Positions 1 to 9,780 of a stretch of DNA of 63,723 bases are shown here, piece after piece. Where the stretch lies: assembly GCA_012517605.1 (NCBI GenBank), contig JAAYUS010000132.1, positions 1-63,723 on the forward strand, written 5' to 3'. Within the stretch, counting starts at the first letter, position 1, and each line of letters starts with the position of its first letter. Under the pieces are notes generated by a model. That model made no database searches. It had not been told where the DNA came from and saw only the letters and a list, made by a program, of their open reading frames with translations. The position numbers and the translations under genes are program-made. Source of the DNA: Bacteroidales bacterium. Its GTDB lineage: Bacteria; Bacteroidota; Bacteroidia; Bacteroidales; VadinHA17.

Positions 1-22
1 CATATTTTAAATTTTAATTTCT

Positions 23-53
23 TTTGCAGAAACCAAAATCTGGATTATATTTG
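23..53 (+). promoter_or_regulatory. Bacteroidota-type promoter for tRNA-Val (-33 TTTG / -7 TAnnTTTG)
   Basis: TTTG lies at 23-26 and TATATTTG at 46-53, with a 19-nt spacer. The -7 box ends 11 nt before tRNA position 1. Confidence 0.45.
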
Positions 54-64
54 CACCCGTTTCA

Positions 65-139
65 GGGCGATTAGCTCAGCTGGTTCAGAGCATCTGCCTT
101 ACAAGCAGAGGGTCGGCGGTTCGAACCCGTCATCGCCCA
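65..139 (+). tRNA. tRNA-Val (anticodon TAC)
   Basis: 75-nt cloverleaf. Acceptor GGGCGAT/ATCGCCC, D-arm GCTC..GAGC, anticodon stem TCTGC/GCAGA with loop CTTACAA, T-arm GGCGG-TTCGAAC-CCGTC, discriminator A. CCA is not encoded. Confidence 0.95.
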
Positions 140-146
140 CAGCAAG

Positions 147-179
147 AAACCGGTTCCACATCAGTGGGACCGGTTTTTT
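147..179 (+). terminator. Rho-independent terminator after tRNA-Val
   Basis: Hairpin AAACCGGTTCCAC-ATCA-GTGGGACCGGTTT (one G-U pair) followed by a T-run. Confidence 0.7.
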
Positions 180-251
180 GTTTTATGAATCCTCAAAAAG
201 GTCCGATGAAATCAATCCTGTAAATACTTTTCATAATCGTGGTAATTTTTT

Positions 252-289
252 TAACAAAAAAAGGTACCCTTAAAGGGGCACCTTTTTTA
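252..289. terminator. Bidirectional hairpin terminator downstream of the first FISUMP lipoprotein gene
   Basis: AAGGTACCCTT-AA-AGGGGCACCTT hairpin with one mismatch. An A-run on the left and a T-run on the right allow function on both strands. Confidence 0.5.
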
Positions 290-307
290 TAAATTCAAAA
301 TACGTTT

Positions 308-2194
308 TTATTGAACTTTAACGCATCTTACAGATTTTCCTGCTGATTCATCGGCATTCTGACGGTATACACTTTCGTGAGTGCTGTCGAGCTGCCTCAT
401 GAAGGCTCTGTTGGGACTATCTTCAGTTGTTGTCCAGAAGTAAGTTATAGTTCCGGCAAGGTTGAAAGTTCCGTCAAGATAGTAACGGTATCCTGCAGGA
501 ACAGCCGAAAAACCGCTGGTATTTGTACCATTTCCTGTAGTCCAGCCACTTGTGCTTTTAAGCTGTGCACCCTGGGTTGTACCGCGCCATCCAGTTGCAT
601 CTGCTTCTGTCTGGGTAAGACCGAGTGTCATCTCAAGAGCCTTGAAATCGGCATCTGATGGAACGCGCCATCCTGCCGGGCAAAGGTTGCCTGCATTTGC
701 AGCATGGAAGTTATACAGAGCGCCGTAAAGAGGTTTGTATGTATCTTCATTATTGTCATACCAGCAATATGCAGGATTTGTATTTCCTACCCAGTTTGCA
801 TCCAGTGTCACTTCAGTTATTGCATCGCCATTGTTAAAATGAGTAGCTGCAAGGTTTTGAGCCATCCAGATCTGATTTCCTATCCTGACGGTTCTGTAAA
901 TATTGTTATCGAAGTCCGACAACAAAGTAACAATCTGATATTCTGTTCCGTATGACGTGCCTGCCTCATTTATTGCATATGCTCTCACATAATAGAGAGT
1001 GCCTTCCTGCAAAAGAGTAAGTGTAACTGAGAACGAGCCTGTACCGGTTCCGCTTGAAATGTGTGAACCAGTGGCAACAGGATTTGCTGATGTACCCCAG
1101 CATACTCCGCGTTCACTTACCGTTCCACCTCCTGTGGATGTTACATTACCTCCGGCTGTCACCGATGTGGCACTTGTCATTATTAATGTCGGAGCTGTTG
1201 TTGTTACAGCAGCCTGTCCAATCGGGCTGGTAGTGAATGTCTGATCTGCACCGAACTCTGTTCCTGCACTGTTTGTAGCAAAAGCAACTACATGATAAAG
1301 TGTACCAGGTGTCAAGCCTGTAAGGTTGACCGTGAAAGCACCTGTTCCAGCTGCTGCAGCTGCAACTTTGGTACCTGTTGTGGCCGGATTGGCCTGTGTG
1401 CCATAATAAACACCCCTTTCAGTAACATCTGCGCCACCGGTAGCTGTTACATTTCCGCCTGCGGTTGCTGTCGTCTGTGTAAACACGGTAACGGCAGCTG
1501 TTGTAACTGTCGGTTTTGTTGCCGGAGTTGTGAATGTAAGGTCATTTCCATAGGCTGTGCCTGAGGTATTTATTGCATAGGCTCTTATATGGTAAAGAGT
1601 TCCGGGCTGAAGCGCTGAAAGGCTTACAGTAAATGTTCCCGTACCAGCTGCAGAAGCAGCTACCTTGTTATCGGATGTCGTCGGATTTGCAGTGAGTGCC
1701 CATACAATACCTCTTTCGGTAACAGGGGCACCACCGTCGGCAGTGATATTACCGCCGGGATTTGCAGTTGTGGAAGTCAAAGTAGTGGGAGCTGTTGTGG
1801 TAACAGTTGCACCAATTATGGGATTGGTAGTAAACTCAATTTCATTACCATAGGCTGTCCCTTCAGAGTTGGTGGCATAAGCCCTTACATAATACTTTGT
1901 ATTTGGCGTCAGGCCGGTAATGCTGCTGGTAAAACTTCCGATTCCGGTACCGTCGCTGGTTTTTGATCCGGCGGTTGTCGGTCCGGTTGCTGTACCCCAG
2001 CATATGCCCCTTGCTGTAACCTCGGCTCCTCCATCATCGGTAATATTACCACCTGATGATGCTGCAGTAGTCGTGATACCTGTGACAGCAGTAGTTGTCA
2101 GGGTAGGCATATCCTTGTCCTTTTTGCAGCTGTTGAGTGCTGCAATTCCGGAAAGGAAAGAGACCAAAATCAATAAATTAAGAACTTTTTTCAT
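308..2194 (-). CDS. Surface lipoprotein with four ~95-aa beta-sandwich-like repeats and a C-terminal FISUMP (Fibrobacter succinogenes major paralogous, TIGR02145-type) domain
   Basis: Lipobox ...AALNSC. Four repeats carry GGN(I/V)T..GG..VT.RG(I/V)(C/V/Y)(W/Y) ... Y(Y/H)(V/I)(R/V)A(Y/F)A.N..GT.(Y/F)G. The C-terminus has IGNQIWMAQNL, LYNF, CPAGWRVPSD and GTNTSGFSAVPAGYR. ATG start at 2194. Confidence 0.85.
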   Translation of the reverse strand: MKKVLNLLILVSFLSGIAALNSCKKDKDMPTLTTTAVTGITTTAASSGGNITDDGGAEVTARGICWGTATGPTTAGSKTSDGTGIGSFTSSITGLTPNTKYYVRAYATNSEGTAYGNEIEFTTNPIIGATVTTTAPTTLTSTTANPGGNITADGGAPVTERGIVWALTANPTTSDNKVAASAAGTGTFTVSLSALQPGTLYHIRAYAINTSGTAYGNDLTFTTPATKPTVTTAAVTVFTQTTATAGGNVTATGGADVTERGVYYGTQANPATTGTKVAAAAAGTGAFTVNLTGLTPGTLYHVVAFATNSAGTEFGADQTFTTSPIGQAAVTTTAPTLIMTSATSVTAGGNVTSTGGGTVSERGVCWGTSANPVATGSHISSGTGTGSFSVTLTLLQEGTLYYVRAYAINEAGTSYGTEYQIVTLLSDFDNNIYRTVRIGNQIWMAQNLAATHFNNGDAITEVTLDANWVGNTNPAYCWYDNNEDTYKPLYGALYNFHAANAGNLCPAGWRVPSDADFKALEMTLGLTQTEADATGWRGTTQGAQLKSTSGWTTGNGTNTSGFSAVPAGYRYYLDGTFNLAGTITYFWTTTEDSPNRAFMRQLDSTHESVYRQNADESAGKSVRCVKVQ

Positions 2195-2271
2195 AACATG
2201 GATAATTAGAGATTTGAATTTTAACTGTTTATAATTATTTAATTTTTAATATGATACACTAATCAGAAACC

Positions 2272-4152
2272 TTACTGGTTCTTAAGGCATCTCACATATT
2301 TACCTCCGGCTTTGCTGACTCCTTCACGAAACACTCGTCCTTCAGTACTATCTAAACGGCGATACAATGCTTTTGTTGTATCGTCCCAGTGCAAAGTTGA
2401 ACTCCACCAGTACGTGACTACACCAAAATCAGCAAAAGTCCCCAATGCACCATACCTGTAACCGCCTCCCAAAGCTGTAAATCCGCTTGTATTTGTACCT
2501 GTATTGGGATTCCATGTTGTTGTAGCTTTAAGCTGAGTTCCCTGATTTGTGCCTCTCCACCCTGATCCGTCAGCTTCTGCAATTGTCATACCGAGATGGC
2601 GTTCAAGTGTCTTGAATTCATTGTCACTGGGCACATGCCATCCTGACGGGCACAATTTTCCTGTTTCAACGGCATACCAGTTATAAAGCATTCCAAATAC
2701 GGAAGACGGTGTATTGTTAAACCATGAATAAGCCGGAGCAGTAAGAACCATCCACTCTTCATTGACAGTAACATTCGGAATATCCGTATTGTCATTGTAT
2801 TTTGATGTTTTCAAATCCGTCTGCATCCACAACTGGGTGCCTATCAGTACGGTTGCATATGTATTTCCGATCACATCAGAAATGGAAGTTGAGAATACCA
2901 TCTGGCTGCCATAGCCGGTTCCGGCACTGTTTATGGCATATGCCTTTAAATAATAAACTGTCCCGGAAGTCAATCCTGTAAGATTTACGCTGAAGGTTCC
3001 CGTACCTGTGCCGCTGGGTATTTTTGTGTCGGAAATCGTCGGATTGCCTGTGGTATTATAGCAGATGCCGCGTTCCGTAACCTGCGCTCCGTTGTCATTT
3101 GTTACGTTACCTCCTGAAGAGGCTGTAGTCAATCCCACAGAAGTCACAGAACTGGTTGACACCTCAGGTACAGTTACCGGACTTGTTGTGAAATGATTTT
3201 CAACTCCATAAGCAGTTCCAGCGCTGTTTGTTGCATAAGCTCTGTAATAATATGTTGTGTTTGGACTCAGTCCGGTGATAGTACTGGTAAAAGAACCTGT
3301 TCCGGAACCATCTGTTGTATGTGACCCGGTAGCCACCGGACCCGTTGATGTACTCCAGCAGACTCCTTTGGCTGTTACTGCAGCTCCTCCCGAACTGGTC
3401 ACATTACCCCCTGTAACGGCTGATGTCCGTGTGTAGGATGAGACTGCTGCCGTGGTCACTGTCGGCACAACAGCTGATGTTGTAAATGATATGTCATTCC
3501 CGTACGAGGTCCCTATATTGTTTGTTGCATATGCCCTTACATGATATGTTGTCCCTGGTGTCAACCCTGTAATGTCGCTTGCAAAATTACCGGTTCCCGA
3601 CCCGTTGGTCGTTTTGTTGTCGCTCAGTGTCGGATTTGCAGCCGTCGACCAGCAAACACCTCTGGCTGTTACCGCAGAACCGCCGTCAGATGTTATATTA
3701 CCCCCTGATACAGCTCTGTTGGAACTTATCGCAGTGGCTTCAAGAGTGGTTAATGTCGCAACAACAGGTGCTGCGGTTGTAAATGTAACCTCGTTTCCGT
3801 AAGCCGTTCCAGCTTCATTGGTTGCATATGCCCTTACATAGTATTTGGTGGAAGCGGTCAGTCCGGTCAGGTCACTTGTGAAATCTCCAGGTCCGTTGCT
3901 GTCGGATGTATGCTGTCCGGTAATTTCGGGCAGCGTGGCTGTTCCATAGCAGACACCCCTTGCCGTTATGTCAGCACCTCCGTCCGATGAGATATTTCCT
4001 CCTGTTTTTGCACTATTTATGGTTATCTCCGTGACATTGGCAGTGGTCAATGTTGCAAGTTCGGGTTTCCTTTTGCAGCCGGAAAAAGTCACTGCAATAC
4101 CTGCCAGAATGGCTAAAATCAAGGTTAAATTGAATCTGATTTCTCTTTTCAT
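2272..4152 (-). CDS. Paralogous surface lipoprotein with four repeats and a FISUMP domain
   Basis: Lipobox ...TFSGC. Same repeat signature x4. The C-terminus has IGTQLWMQTDL, LYNW, CPSGWHVPSDNEF and GTNTSGFTALGGGYR. Confidence 0.85.
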   Translation of the reverse strand: MKREIRFNLTLILAILAGIAVTFSGCKRKPELATLTTANVTEITINSAKTGGNISSDGGADITARGVCYGTATLPEITGQHTSDSNGPGDFTSDLTGLTASTKYYVRAYATNEAGTAYGNEVTFTTAAPVVATLTTLEATAISSNRAVSGGNITSDGGSAVTARGVCWSTAANPTLSDNKTTNGSGTGNFASDITGLTPGTTYHVRAYATNNIGTSYGNDISFTTSAVVPTVTTAAVSSYTRTSAVTGGNVTSSGGAAVTAKGVCWSTSTGPVATGSHTTDGSGTGSFTSTITGLSPNTTYYYRAYATNSAGTAYGVENHFTTSPVTVPEVSTSSVTSVGLTTASSGGNVTNDNGAQVTERGICYNTTGNPTISDTKIPSGTGTGTFSVNLTGLTSGTVYYLKAYAINSAGTGYGSQMVFSTSISDVIGNTYATVLIGTQLWMQTDLKTSKYNDNTDIPNVTVNEEWMVLTAPAYSWFNNTPSSVFGMLYNWYAVETGKLCPSGWHVPSDNEFKTLERHLGMTIAEADGSGWRGTNQGTQLKATTTWNPNTGTNTSGFTALGGGYRYGALGTFADFGVVTYWWSSTLHWDDTTKALYRRLDSTEGRVFREGVSKAGGKYVRCLKNQ

Positions 4153-4428
4153 TGTATTGAAATTATTACGTACATCTCTAAACTGATTAATTTTGTTTTA
4201 ATTGTGTCAGGTTTCTAATTTCATGATTATAAATATCAACAAGACACTGTTGTGTTTCTGTCTGTCAATAAAATAAAACTATACTCCAAACCGATCCGGG
4301 TAAAAATAAACAATCAATAATCTTGGCATGATAACGGGAAAGCCATTATATGCCATGATTTTCCGGATTCTGCGGATTGGCTGCTCAACTTGTTAATTTA
4401 AACTGACAGAAAGCAATTATTTTACTTG

Positions 4429-5982
4429 TCAGTTTTTAATACACCGTACCGACATCCCGTATTTCGAATCGGCAAGGTTCCTGTAGGTTTTATCATCATT
4501 ATACCATATCCTTCTGAACCAGGATGATGATGTTAGTTCTGTTGATGTCCACCAGTAACCATAGACAGTGAGAGATTCGTATGCGCCAGTGTCGCCCCTG
4601 CGCCATCCTCCGGGAAGCGCAGTGAAATTCGATTCATTCGTTGCCCCGGTATTCGGACTTGTCCAGTGTGTGATTCCCGTTTCCTTAAGTTTTCCTCCTG
4701 CAGGACTCTCTCCTCCAAGAAAATTTACAAGGGTATACCATTCGTCATCAGACGGTACATGCCATCCTGCAGGGCAAAGTTTTCCTGTGCTCACTGCATG
4801 CCAGTTATATAATGCACCATACACACTTTTATTGGCAACCTCGTTGTTGTACCATACATAAGCCGGAGTCGTAAGTGAGCTCCAGGTGGTTGCATTTGCC
4901 ACATTGGCTATTGCGGTGTTATCATTGAGCTTTGTTGTCCTGAGGTTTTCCTTCATCCAAACCTGTCCATCGATCCTTATCACATTGTAAGTGTTCCCGT
5001 CGTTATCGGAAACTGTAACAGGATCAGTTGTGAATACAAGGTCAGAACCATATGAAGTGCCCACACTGTTTGTTGCATAAGCCCTGACATGATACGTGGT
5101 ATTTGCAAGGAGACCTGTTATGGAAGATTCAAAAGTACCTGTACCGGTACCGTCTGTTGTTTTGCTGTTGGCTACCGTAGGATTCGGTGAAGTGTTCCAG
5201 CATACTCCCCTTGCAGTAATGGCAGCGCCTCCATCATTGGTCACATTTCCTCCTCCCTTGCCTGTTGTAGTGCCGGTTGCTGAAGGAGCATCGGTGGAGA
5301 CCAGAGGCAATACAGGACTTGTCTTGAACGAAATTTCCTGCCCGTAAGCCGTCCCTTCGGAATTGGTGGCATAAGCCCTCACATAATATGTAGTGTTCCC
5401 TGTCAGCCCGGTAATGCTGCTTGTAAAGGAACCTGACCCGGTCCCGTTACTTGTCTTTGAATCACTGATGGTTGGAACAGTATGTGTGCTCCAGCATACG
5501 CCTCTCGCTGTTACTTCAACGCCTCCGTCGCTCGTTATTGTGCCACCGGCAACAGCGGTGGTCTGAGTTATCATTGTAACAGCAGATGTAGTGAGAGTGG
5601 GAACTCCGAATTTGCTGGTTGTGAATGTAAGCTGCTCTCCGTATCCTGTCCCCTCTGCGTTTATGGCATAGGCACGGACATAATAGAGTGTGTTCGGAGT
5701 CAGATTTGTCAGCGTACTTGTAAAAGGACCCTCGCCATATCCGTCGGTTGTCCGGTCACCATTAGTTCCGGGAGATTTTTTTGTGCCATAACAAACGCCC
5801 CGTACTATTACATCGACATACCCGTCGCTTGTAACTTCGCCCCCTGTTATTGCGCTATTGGGACCTATTTCAGTCACCGGAGATGTTTTTACTGAAGGCT
5901 CCCGTTTGAAATGACATCCCGGTAAAAATAAAATAGAAATTAAAATAATCAGGAAGTTATGATTTAGTATAATTTTTTTCAT
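4429..5982 (-). CDS. Paralogous surface lipoprotein with three repeats and a FISUMP domain
   Basis: Lipobox ...FLPGC. Same repeat signature x3. The C-terminus has IDGQVWMKENL, LYNW, CPAGWHVPSDDEW and TNESNFTALPGGWR. Confidence 0.85.
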   Translation of the reverse strand: MKKIILNHNFLIILISILFLPGCHFKREPSVKTSPVTEIGPNSAITGGEVTSDGYVDVIVRGVCYGTKKSPGTNGDRTTDGYGEGPFTSTLTNLTPNTLYYVRAYAINAEGTGYGEQLTFTTSKFGVPTLTTSAVTMITQTTAVAGGTITSDGGVEVTARGVCWSTHTVPTISDSKTSNGTGSGSFTSSITGLTGNTTYYVRAYATNSEGTAYGQEISFKTSPVLPLVSTDAPSATGTTTGKGGGNVTNDGGAAITARGVCWNTSPNPTVANSKTTDGTGTGTFESSITGLLANTTYHVRAYATNSVGTSYGSDLVFTTDPVTVSDNDGNTYNVIRIDGQVWMKENLRTTKLNDNTAIANVANATTWSSLTTPAYVWYNNEVANKSVYGALYNWHAVSTGKLCPAGWHVPSDDEWYTLVNFLGGESPAGGKLKETGITHWTSPNTGATNESNFTALPGGWRRGDTGAYESLTVYGYWWTSTELTSSSWFRRIWYNDDKTYRNLADSKYGMSVRCIKN

Positions 5983-6094
5983 CTTGCTCTGAGTGTTTTG
6001 ACAGATTTAATAACCCGAAATGATATGTATTGTTTAAAATAGCTTATAAAATTACTAAAAATTCCGGATGGTGAATACGTCCCGGATTTTGATT

Positions 6095-8605
6095 TTAAAT
6101 CTTGCTGCCTGCTGGCTTATAAGGGATAGTGAAACGGAAATCAGAGCCTTCGCCCGGTTGTGAAATAAGCCATATCCTTCCTCCTAGAATCTCCACGTAT
6201 GCCTTGCATATAGACAGACCAAGGCCGGTACCACCGAATTTTCTGGAGATCAGGTTATCGACCTGGAAGAATCTTTCAAAAATCTTATCGTGATGTTCAG
6301 GGGGTATTCCTATTCCGGTATCTTTTACATAAAACTCAAGCTCATCGCCTTTCAGTGTATATCCGAAATCAATTCTTCCCTCCTTCGTGAATTTTGTTGC
6401 ATTGTTTATAAGGTTCGATAATATCTGGATGAGTTTAGTGCTGTCAGTCATTATCATGGCTTTGTTATCTGGCAATCCGGTCTTGAGGTTTATTGAGATG
6501 ACATCCGATTTTTCCTTATAGCTGAACTGCTCGTCAAGGCTTCGCAGCGAGAAATTCAGGTTCATTTCCCTGATGTTGACCTTGACCTGTCCGCTTTCTA
6601 TATTTGCTATGTCTACAATATCATTGATAATTGAAAGCAGCTGGCTTCCGCTCTGAAAAATGATATCGATAAACTGTCGGCGGTCAGCCTCAGTTATATC
6701 AGGCTCGTTAAGCAGTGCTGAAAAACCAATTATTGCGTTCATCGGAGTCCTTATCTCATGAGAGACATTATGCAGAAAAGCAGTCTTAAGCCTGTCGCTC
6801 TCCTCAGCCTTTTCCTTGGCAGCAATAAGTTCAGCTTCTGAGTTCTTTCTGAGGGTAATATCCTCTATCATTGCAAGGAAATACTGGACCTCATCATTAT
6901 TGTTCCTTATTAAGCTTATAGTTGTCGATCCCCAGATCAGACTTCCGTCCTTCCTGAAATATTTGTTCTCTGTATGATAAACAGGAATCTCCTCAGCGAC
7001 AAGCCTCAGGAGCGACACATCATCCTGAGGGACATAGTCGGGATGAGTAATGTCCCGGAGTGATCTGGATTTAAGTTCATCTTCACCATACCCTGTCATT
7101 CTGGTAAATGCCGAATTCACACGGATGATTCCCATGTCTTTACCAGTCATAACTATGCTGATGGGGCTCTCCTCAAATATCTTCCTGAACCTTATCTCGC
7201 TTTCCCTCAGTGTTTCTTCGGCAAATTTTCTTTCCGTGATATCCCGGCAAATCGACTGGTAGTATTTAATCCCTTCAATTTCAACCTTGCGTGCGCTTAT
7301 TTCTACAGGAAGGACTGTCCCGTCCTTCCTTACATGAAGCGTCTCATAAGTTGCAAATCCTATATCATCAAGTATCCTGCTCTCTTCAGCAATTTCCCTT
7401 ACCGCTCCCGGTGCCGTGATCTCCTTCAGGTTCATACCTATCAGCTCGTCCCTGTTCCGCTGGTATGTTTCAGTAGCCCTGTCGTTTGCTTCAACGATCA
7501 CCATGTTCCTGTCAGTCAGAAAAATAATATCATTGGCATACTTCAGGATGTAGTCATAATGTTTTCTCAAGGCCTGTTGATCGAGTTCCGCTTCATATTT
7601 TTCCCGGTAGAACCTTACATTCTCGCTCCATTCAATAATTCCAAGGAGCAATCCGATTGTAAGTATAAACAGGATGATAATTACTATTATAAGTGTTATC
7701 TGACGGTTCAAGGCTTCAAAAATCTCATTCTGGTCAGTTTTGGCTACCATGAACCATGTCGATCCCGGGACTTTCTTCATTGCGGCCACAACGGCCTTTC
7801 CCCTGTAATCCCTGCCATCGCTTGTTGTTTCAATGCCGCGAACAGCCATTGCTGCAGGAAGCTTTTCCTCCGAAACTGATTTCACCAGTTCCATTTCAGA
7901 GTTTTTTCTGAATCTGAGCTCATTCAGAAACAAAACCTTATCACCTTCCTGCCGGACAAGAAGAGATTCAGCCGTTTTGCTTGGGACCGGCCATGTCTGA
8001 ATAAGCGAATAGAAAGTTTCCTGCGGATCGATTCTTATTATAATAAGTCCGAATGTCTCCGGATCTTTATTCCACATCGTCAAGAGAGGGATAACGAGGT
8101 CAAGATGATTATAACTTACCCCTGGTGTCTTATGAAGATCGGTCAGAATACCTTTTTTCAGTTTTATGAATTCAGGAAACATATTCAACATATGATTCCC
8201 GAGAACAGTGTCCTGATTTGGATAAAATCCCCTGACCTTTCCTGTTGAATCTATAAGCAGGATATTTTTATATTCGGTATTCGTTATCACCGATTTAAGG
8301 CTGGCAATTATTTCAGCTTTATTAACTTTTATGCCTGTGCCGGACATATAGTCATAAAATAACCTGACAAACGGAACATTTTCACCTATCATTCTGGCAT
8401 CGTCGGCACGCTCATTCCTCCACTGAGCTATCTGCCTCACTTTCAGGTCAGCAATAGCTGACAGTTCAAGTGTCTTGTCACGGAGCAGTCTGTTCTTCTG
8501 ACTCTTGTAGTACAGGAATCCAAGGATAATGCTGCTTGCTGAAAGTATCACAAAGAGAACTATCAGCAACCATGGCACAACTGGCTTTTGCCTTTTGGAA
8601 ATCAT
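6095..8605 (-). CDS. Membrane sensor histidine kinase (periplasmic sensor domain, 2 TM, 2 PAS, HisKA, HATPase_c)
   Basis: TM helices near aa 13-33 and 305-325. Two PAS-like segments (..RKDGTVLPVE.., ..RKDGSLIWG..). H-box HNVSHEIRTPMNAI. G-boxes DTGIGIP and GGTGLGLSI. No receiver domain and no adjacent response regulator. Confidence 0.9.
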   Translation of the reverse strand: MISKRQKPVVPWLLIVLFVILSASSIILGFLYYKSQKNRLLRDKTLELSAIADLKVRQIAQWRNERADDARMIGENVPFVRLFYDYMSGTGIKVNKAEIIASLKSVITNTEYKNILLIDSTGKVRGFYPNQDTVLGNHMLNMFPEFIKLKKGILTDLHKTPGVSYNHLDLVIPLLTMWNKDPETFGLIIIRIDPQETFYSLIQTWPVPSKTAESLLVRQEGDKVLFLNELRFRKNSEMELVKSVSEEKLPAAMAVRGIETTSDGRDYRGKAVVAAMKKVPGSTWFMVAKTDQNEIFEALNRQITLIIVIIILFILTIGLLLGIIEWSENVRFYREKYEAELDQQALRKHYDYILKYANDIIFLTDRNMVIVEANDRATETYQRNRDELIGMNLKEITAPGAVREIAEESRILDDIGFATYETLHVRKDGTVLPVEISARKVEIEGIKYYQSICRDITERKFAEETLRESEIRFRKIFEESPISIVMTGKDMGIIRVNSAFTRMTGYGEDELKSRSLRDITHPDYVPQDDVSLLRLVAEEIPVYHTENKYFRKDGSLIWGSTTISLIRNNNDEVQYFLAMIEDITLRKNSEAELIAAKEKAEESDRLKTAFLHNVSHEIRTPMNAIIGFSALLNEPDITEADRRQFIDIIFQSGSQLLSIINDIVDIANIESGQVKVNIREMNLNFSLRSLDEQFSYKEKSDVISINLKTGLPDNKAMIMTDSTKLIQILSNLINNATKFTKEGRIDFGYTLKGDELEFYVKDTGIGIPPEHHDKIFERFFQVDNLISRKFGGTGLGLSICKAYVEILGGRIWLISQPGEGSDFRFTIPYKPAGSKI

Positions 8606-8718
8606 CCCTGGTATTGCTTAAATATAAAATGAATCAATTCCTTTCACAAAACTGAATTGTAAAAGTAATATTTTATATCCAGATGAAATAATTATTTCCG
8701 GCGGCGATGAAATCGTGC

Positions 8719-9636
8719 TTATTTTTCCTTTATAAGCACTGAAGCCACGATTGAAACGATCAGTATTGAGATAATGATCGCAAGAGAAATGACAATCGGA
8801 ATTTCGAAATGAAAATAGGAAGCAAGCATTTTAATACCCACAAAGGAAAGGACAAGGGCAAGACCGATCTTTAGGAACCTGAAAAATCCCATTATCCCCG
8901 AAACGGCAAAATAAAGTGACCTTAATCCAAGGATTGCAAAAATGTTTGATGTATAAACTATAAAGGAGTCTTTACTGATTGCAAGTATCGCCGGAATGCT
9001 GTCGACAGCAAAGATAAGATCAGTCGATTCAATTACAAGGAGAACAAGGAACAGGGGTGTTGCATAAAATTTCCTGTCGAGTTTTACAACAAGCTTATCT
9101 TCATGAAGCATTTCGGTAACCGGAAGAAATTTCCGGAATAGCCGTACAAGACCGTTTTTTTCAGGGCTGACCGAGGCTGTTTCTTTCTGAAAAAGCATCC
9201 GGATTCCTGAGTAAACAAGGAATCCGCCAAAGATCAGAACTACCCAGTGAAATCTGTTAATAAGGGTAACCCCGGCAAATATAAAAAGGCCCCTCATGAT
9301 CAACGCTCCCAATATACCCCAGAAAAGTATCTTATGCTGATATTGGGGTTTCACTGCGAAATATGTAAAAATCAGAATAAAGACAAAAATATTGTCAACA
9401 CTCAGGGAATATTCGATAAGGTATCCTGTAAGGAATTCAAGCGCCTTTGTCCTGCCGAACTCAAAAAATATAAAACCATTGAAGATCAGCGCCAGGAGTA
9501 TCCATGCACCGCTCCAGATAAGGGCCTCCTTAAGGGTAATCTTATGCGCATTCTTATTTATAACCCCAAGGTCAAAAGCAAGAACGGCAAAGATTACAAG
9601 ATGAAATCCGACCCAGAATACTGTGTTAACTTCCAT
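8719..9636 (-). CDS. TerC/Alx-family integral membrane protein
   Basis: Polytopic membrane protein with the TerC-type motif EYSLSVDNIFVF. The ORF-track start at 9696 is TTG. The first ATG (MEVNTVFW..., 9636) gives a typical N-terminus. Confidence 0.8.
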   Translation of the reverse strand: MEVNTVFWVGFHLVIFAVLAFDLGVINKNAHKITLKEALIWSGAWILLALIFNGFIFFEFGRTKALEFLTGYLIEYSLSVDNIFVFILIFTYFAVKPQYQHKILFWGILGALIMRGLFIFAGVTLINRFHWVVLIFGGFLVYSGIRMLFQKETASVSPEKNGLVRLFRKFLPVTEMLHEDKLVVKLDRKFYATPLFLVLLVIESTDLIFAVDSIPAILAISKDSFIVYTSNIFAILGLRSLYFAVSGIMGFFRFLKIGLALVLSFVGIKMLASYFHFEIPIVISLAIIISILIVSIVASVLIKEK

Positions 9637-9780
9637 AATTTTAAAACAGACTGCAAAACTAAGAAATAAATGATACAATGATTTTGGTAAATGCAATTAA
9701 TGTTGTCGGAGCGAACTGTGATCAAATGATTCTGTTTAATACAGAAATTCTTTTTACATTTAATGCCTTAAAAAAAATCA

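Noticed and set aside
377-5895. Many 60-137-aa ORFs antisense to the three FISUMP lipoprotein genes (for example 377-658, 1292-1564, 1920-2234, 3572-3802, 5482-5895).
   Set aside because: They lie entirely inside, and opposite to, long ORFs with clear domain signatures. Their low-complexity P/V/A/C-rich translations are mirror images of the T/S/G-rich repeats. They have no independent signals.
6095-8605. The histidine kinase as part of a novel signalling module.
   Set aside because: Its architecture is ordinary (sensor domain, PAS x2, HisKA, HATPase). The lack of an adjacent response regulator is common for Bacteroidota orphan kinases.
9637-9780. A possible yybP-ykoY (Mn2+) riboswitch upstream of the TerC-family gene.
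   Set aside because: The upstream region is short and AT-rich. On the minus strand it lacks the conserved GGGGAGTAG-type core and paired helices.
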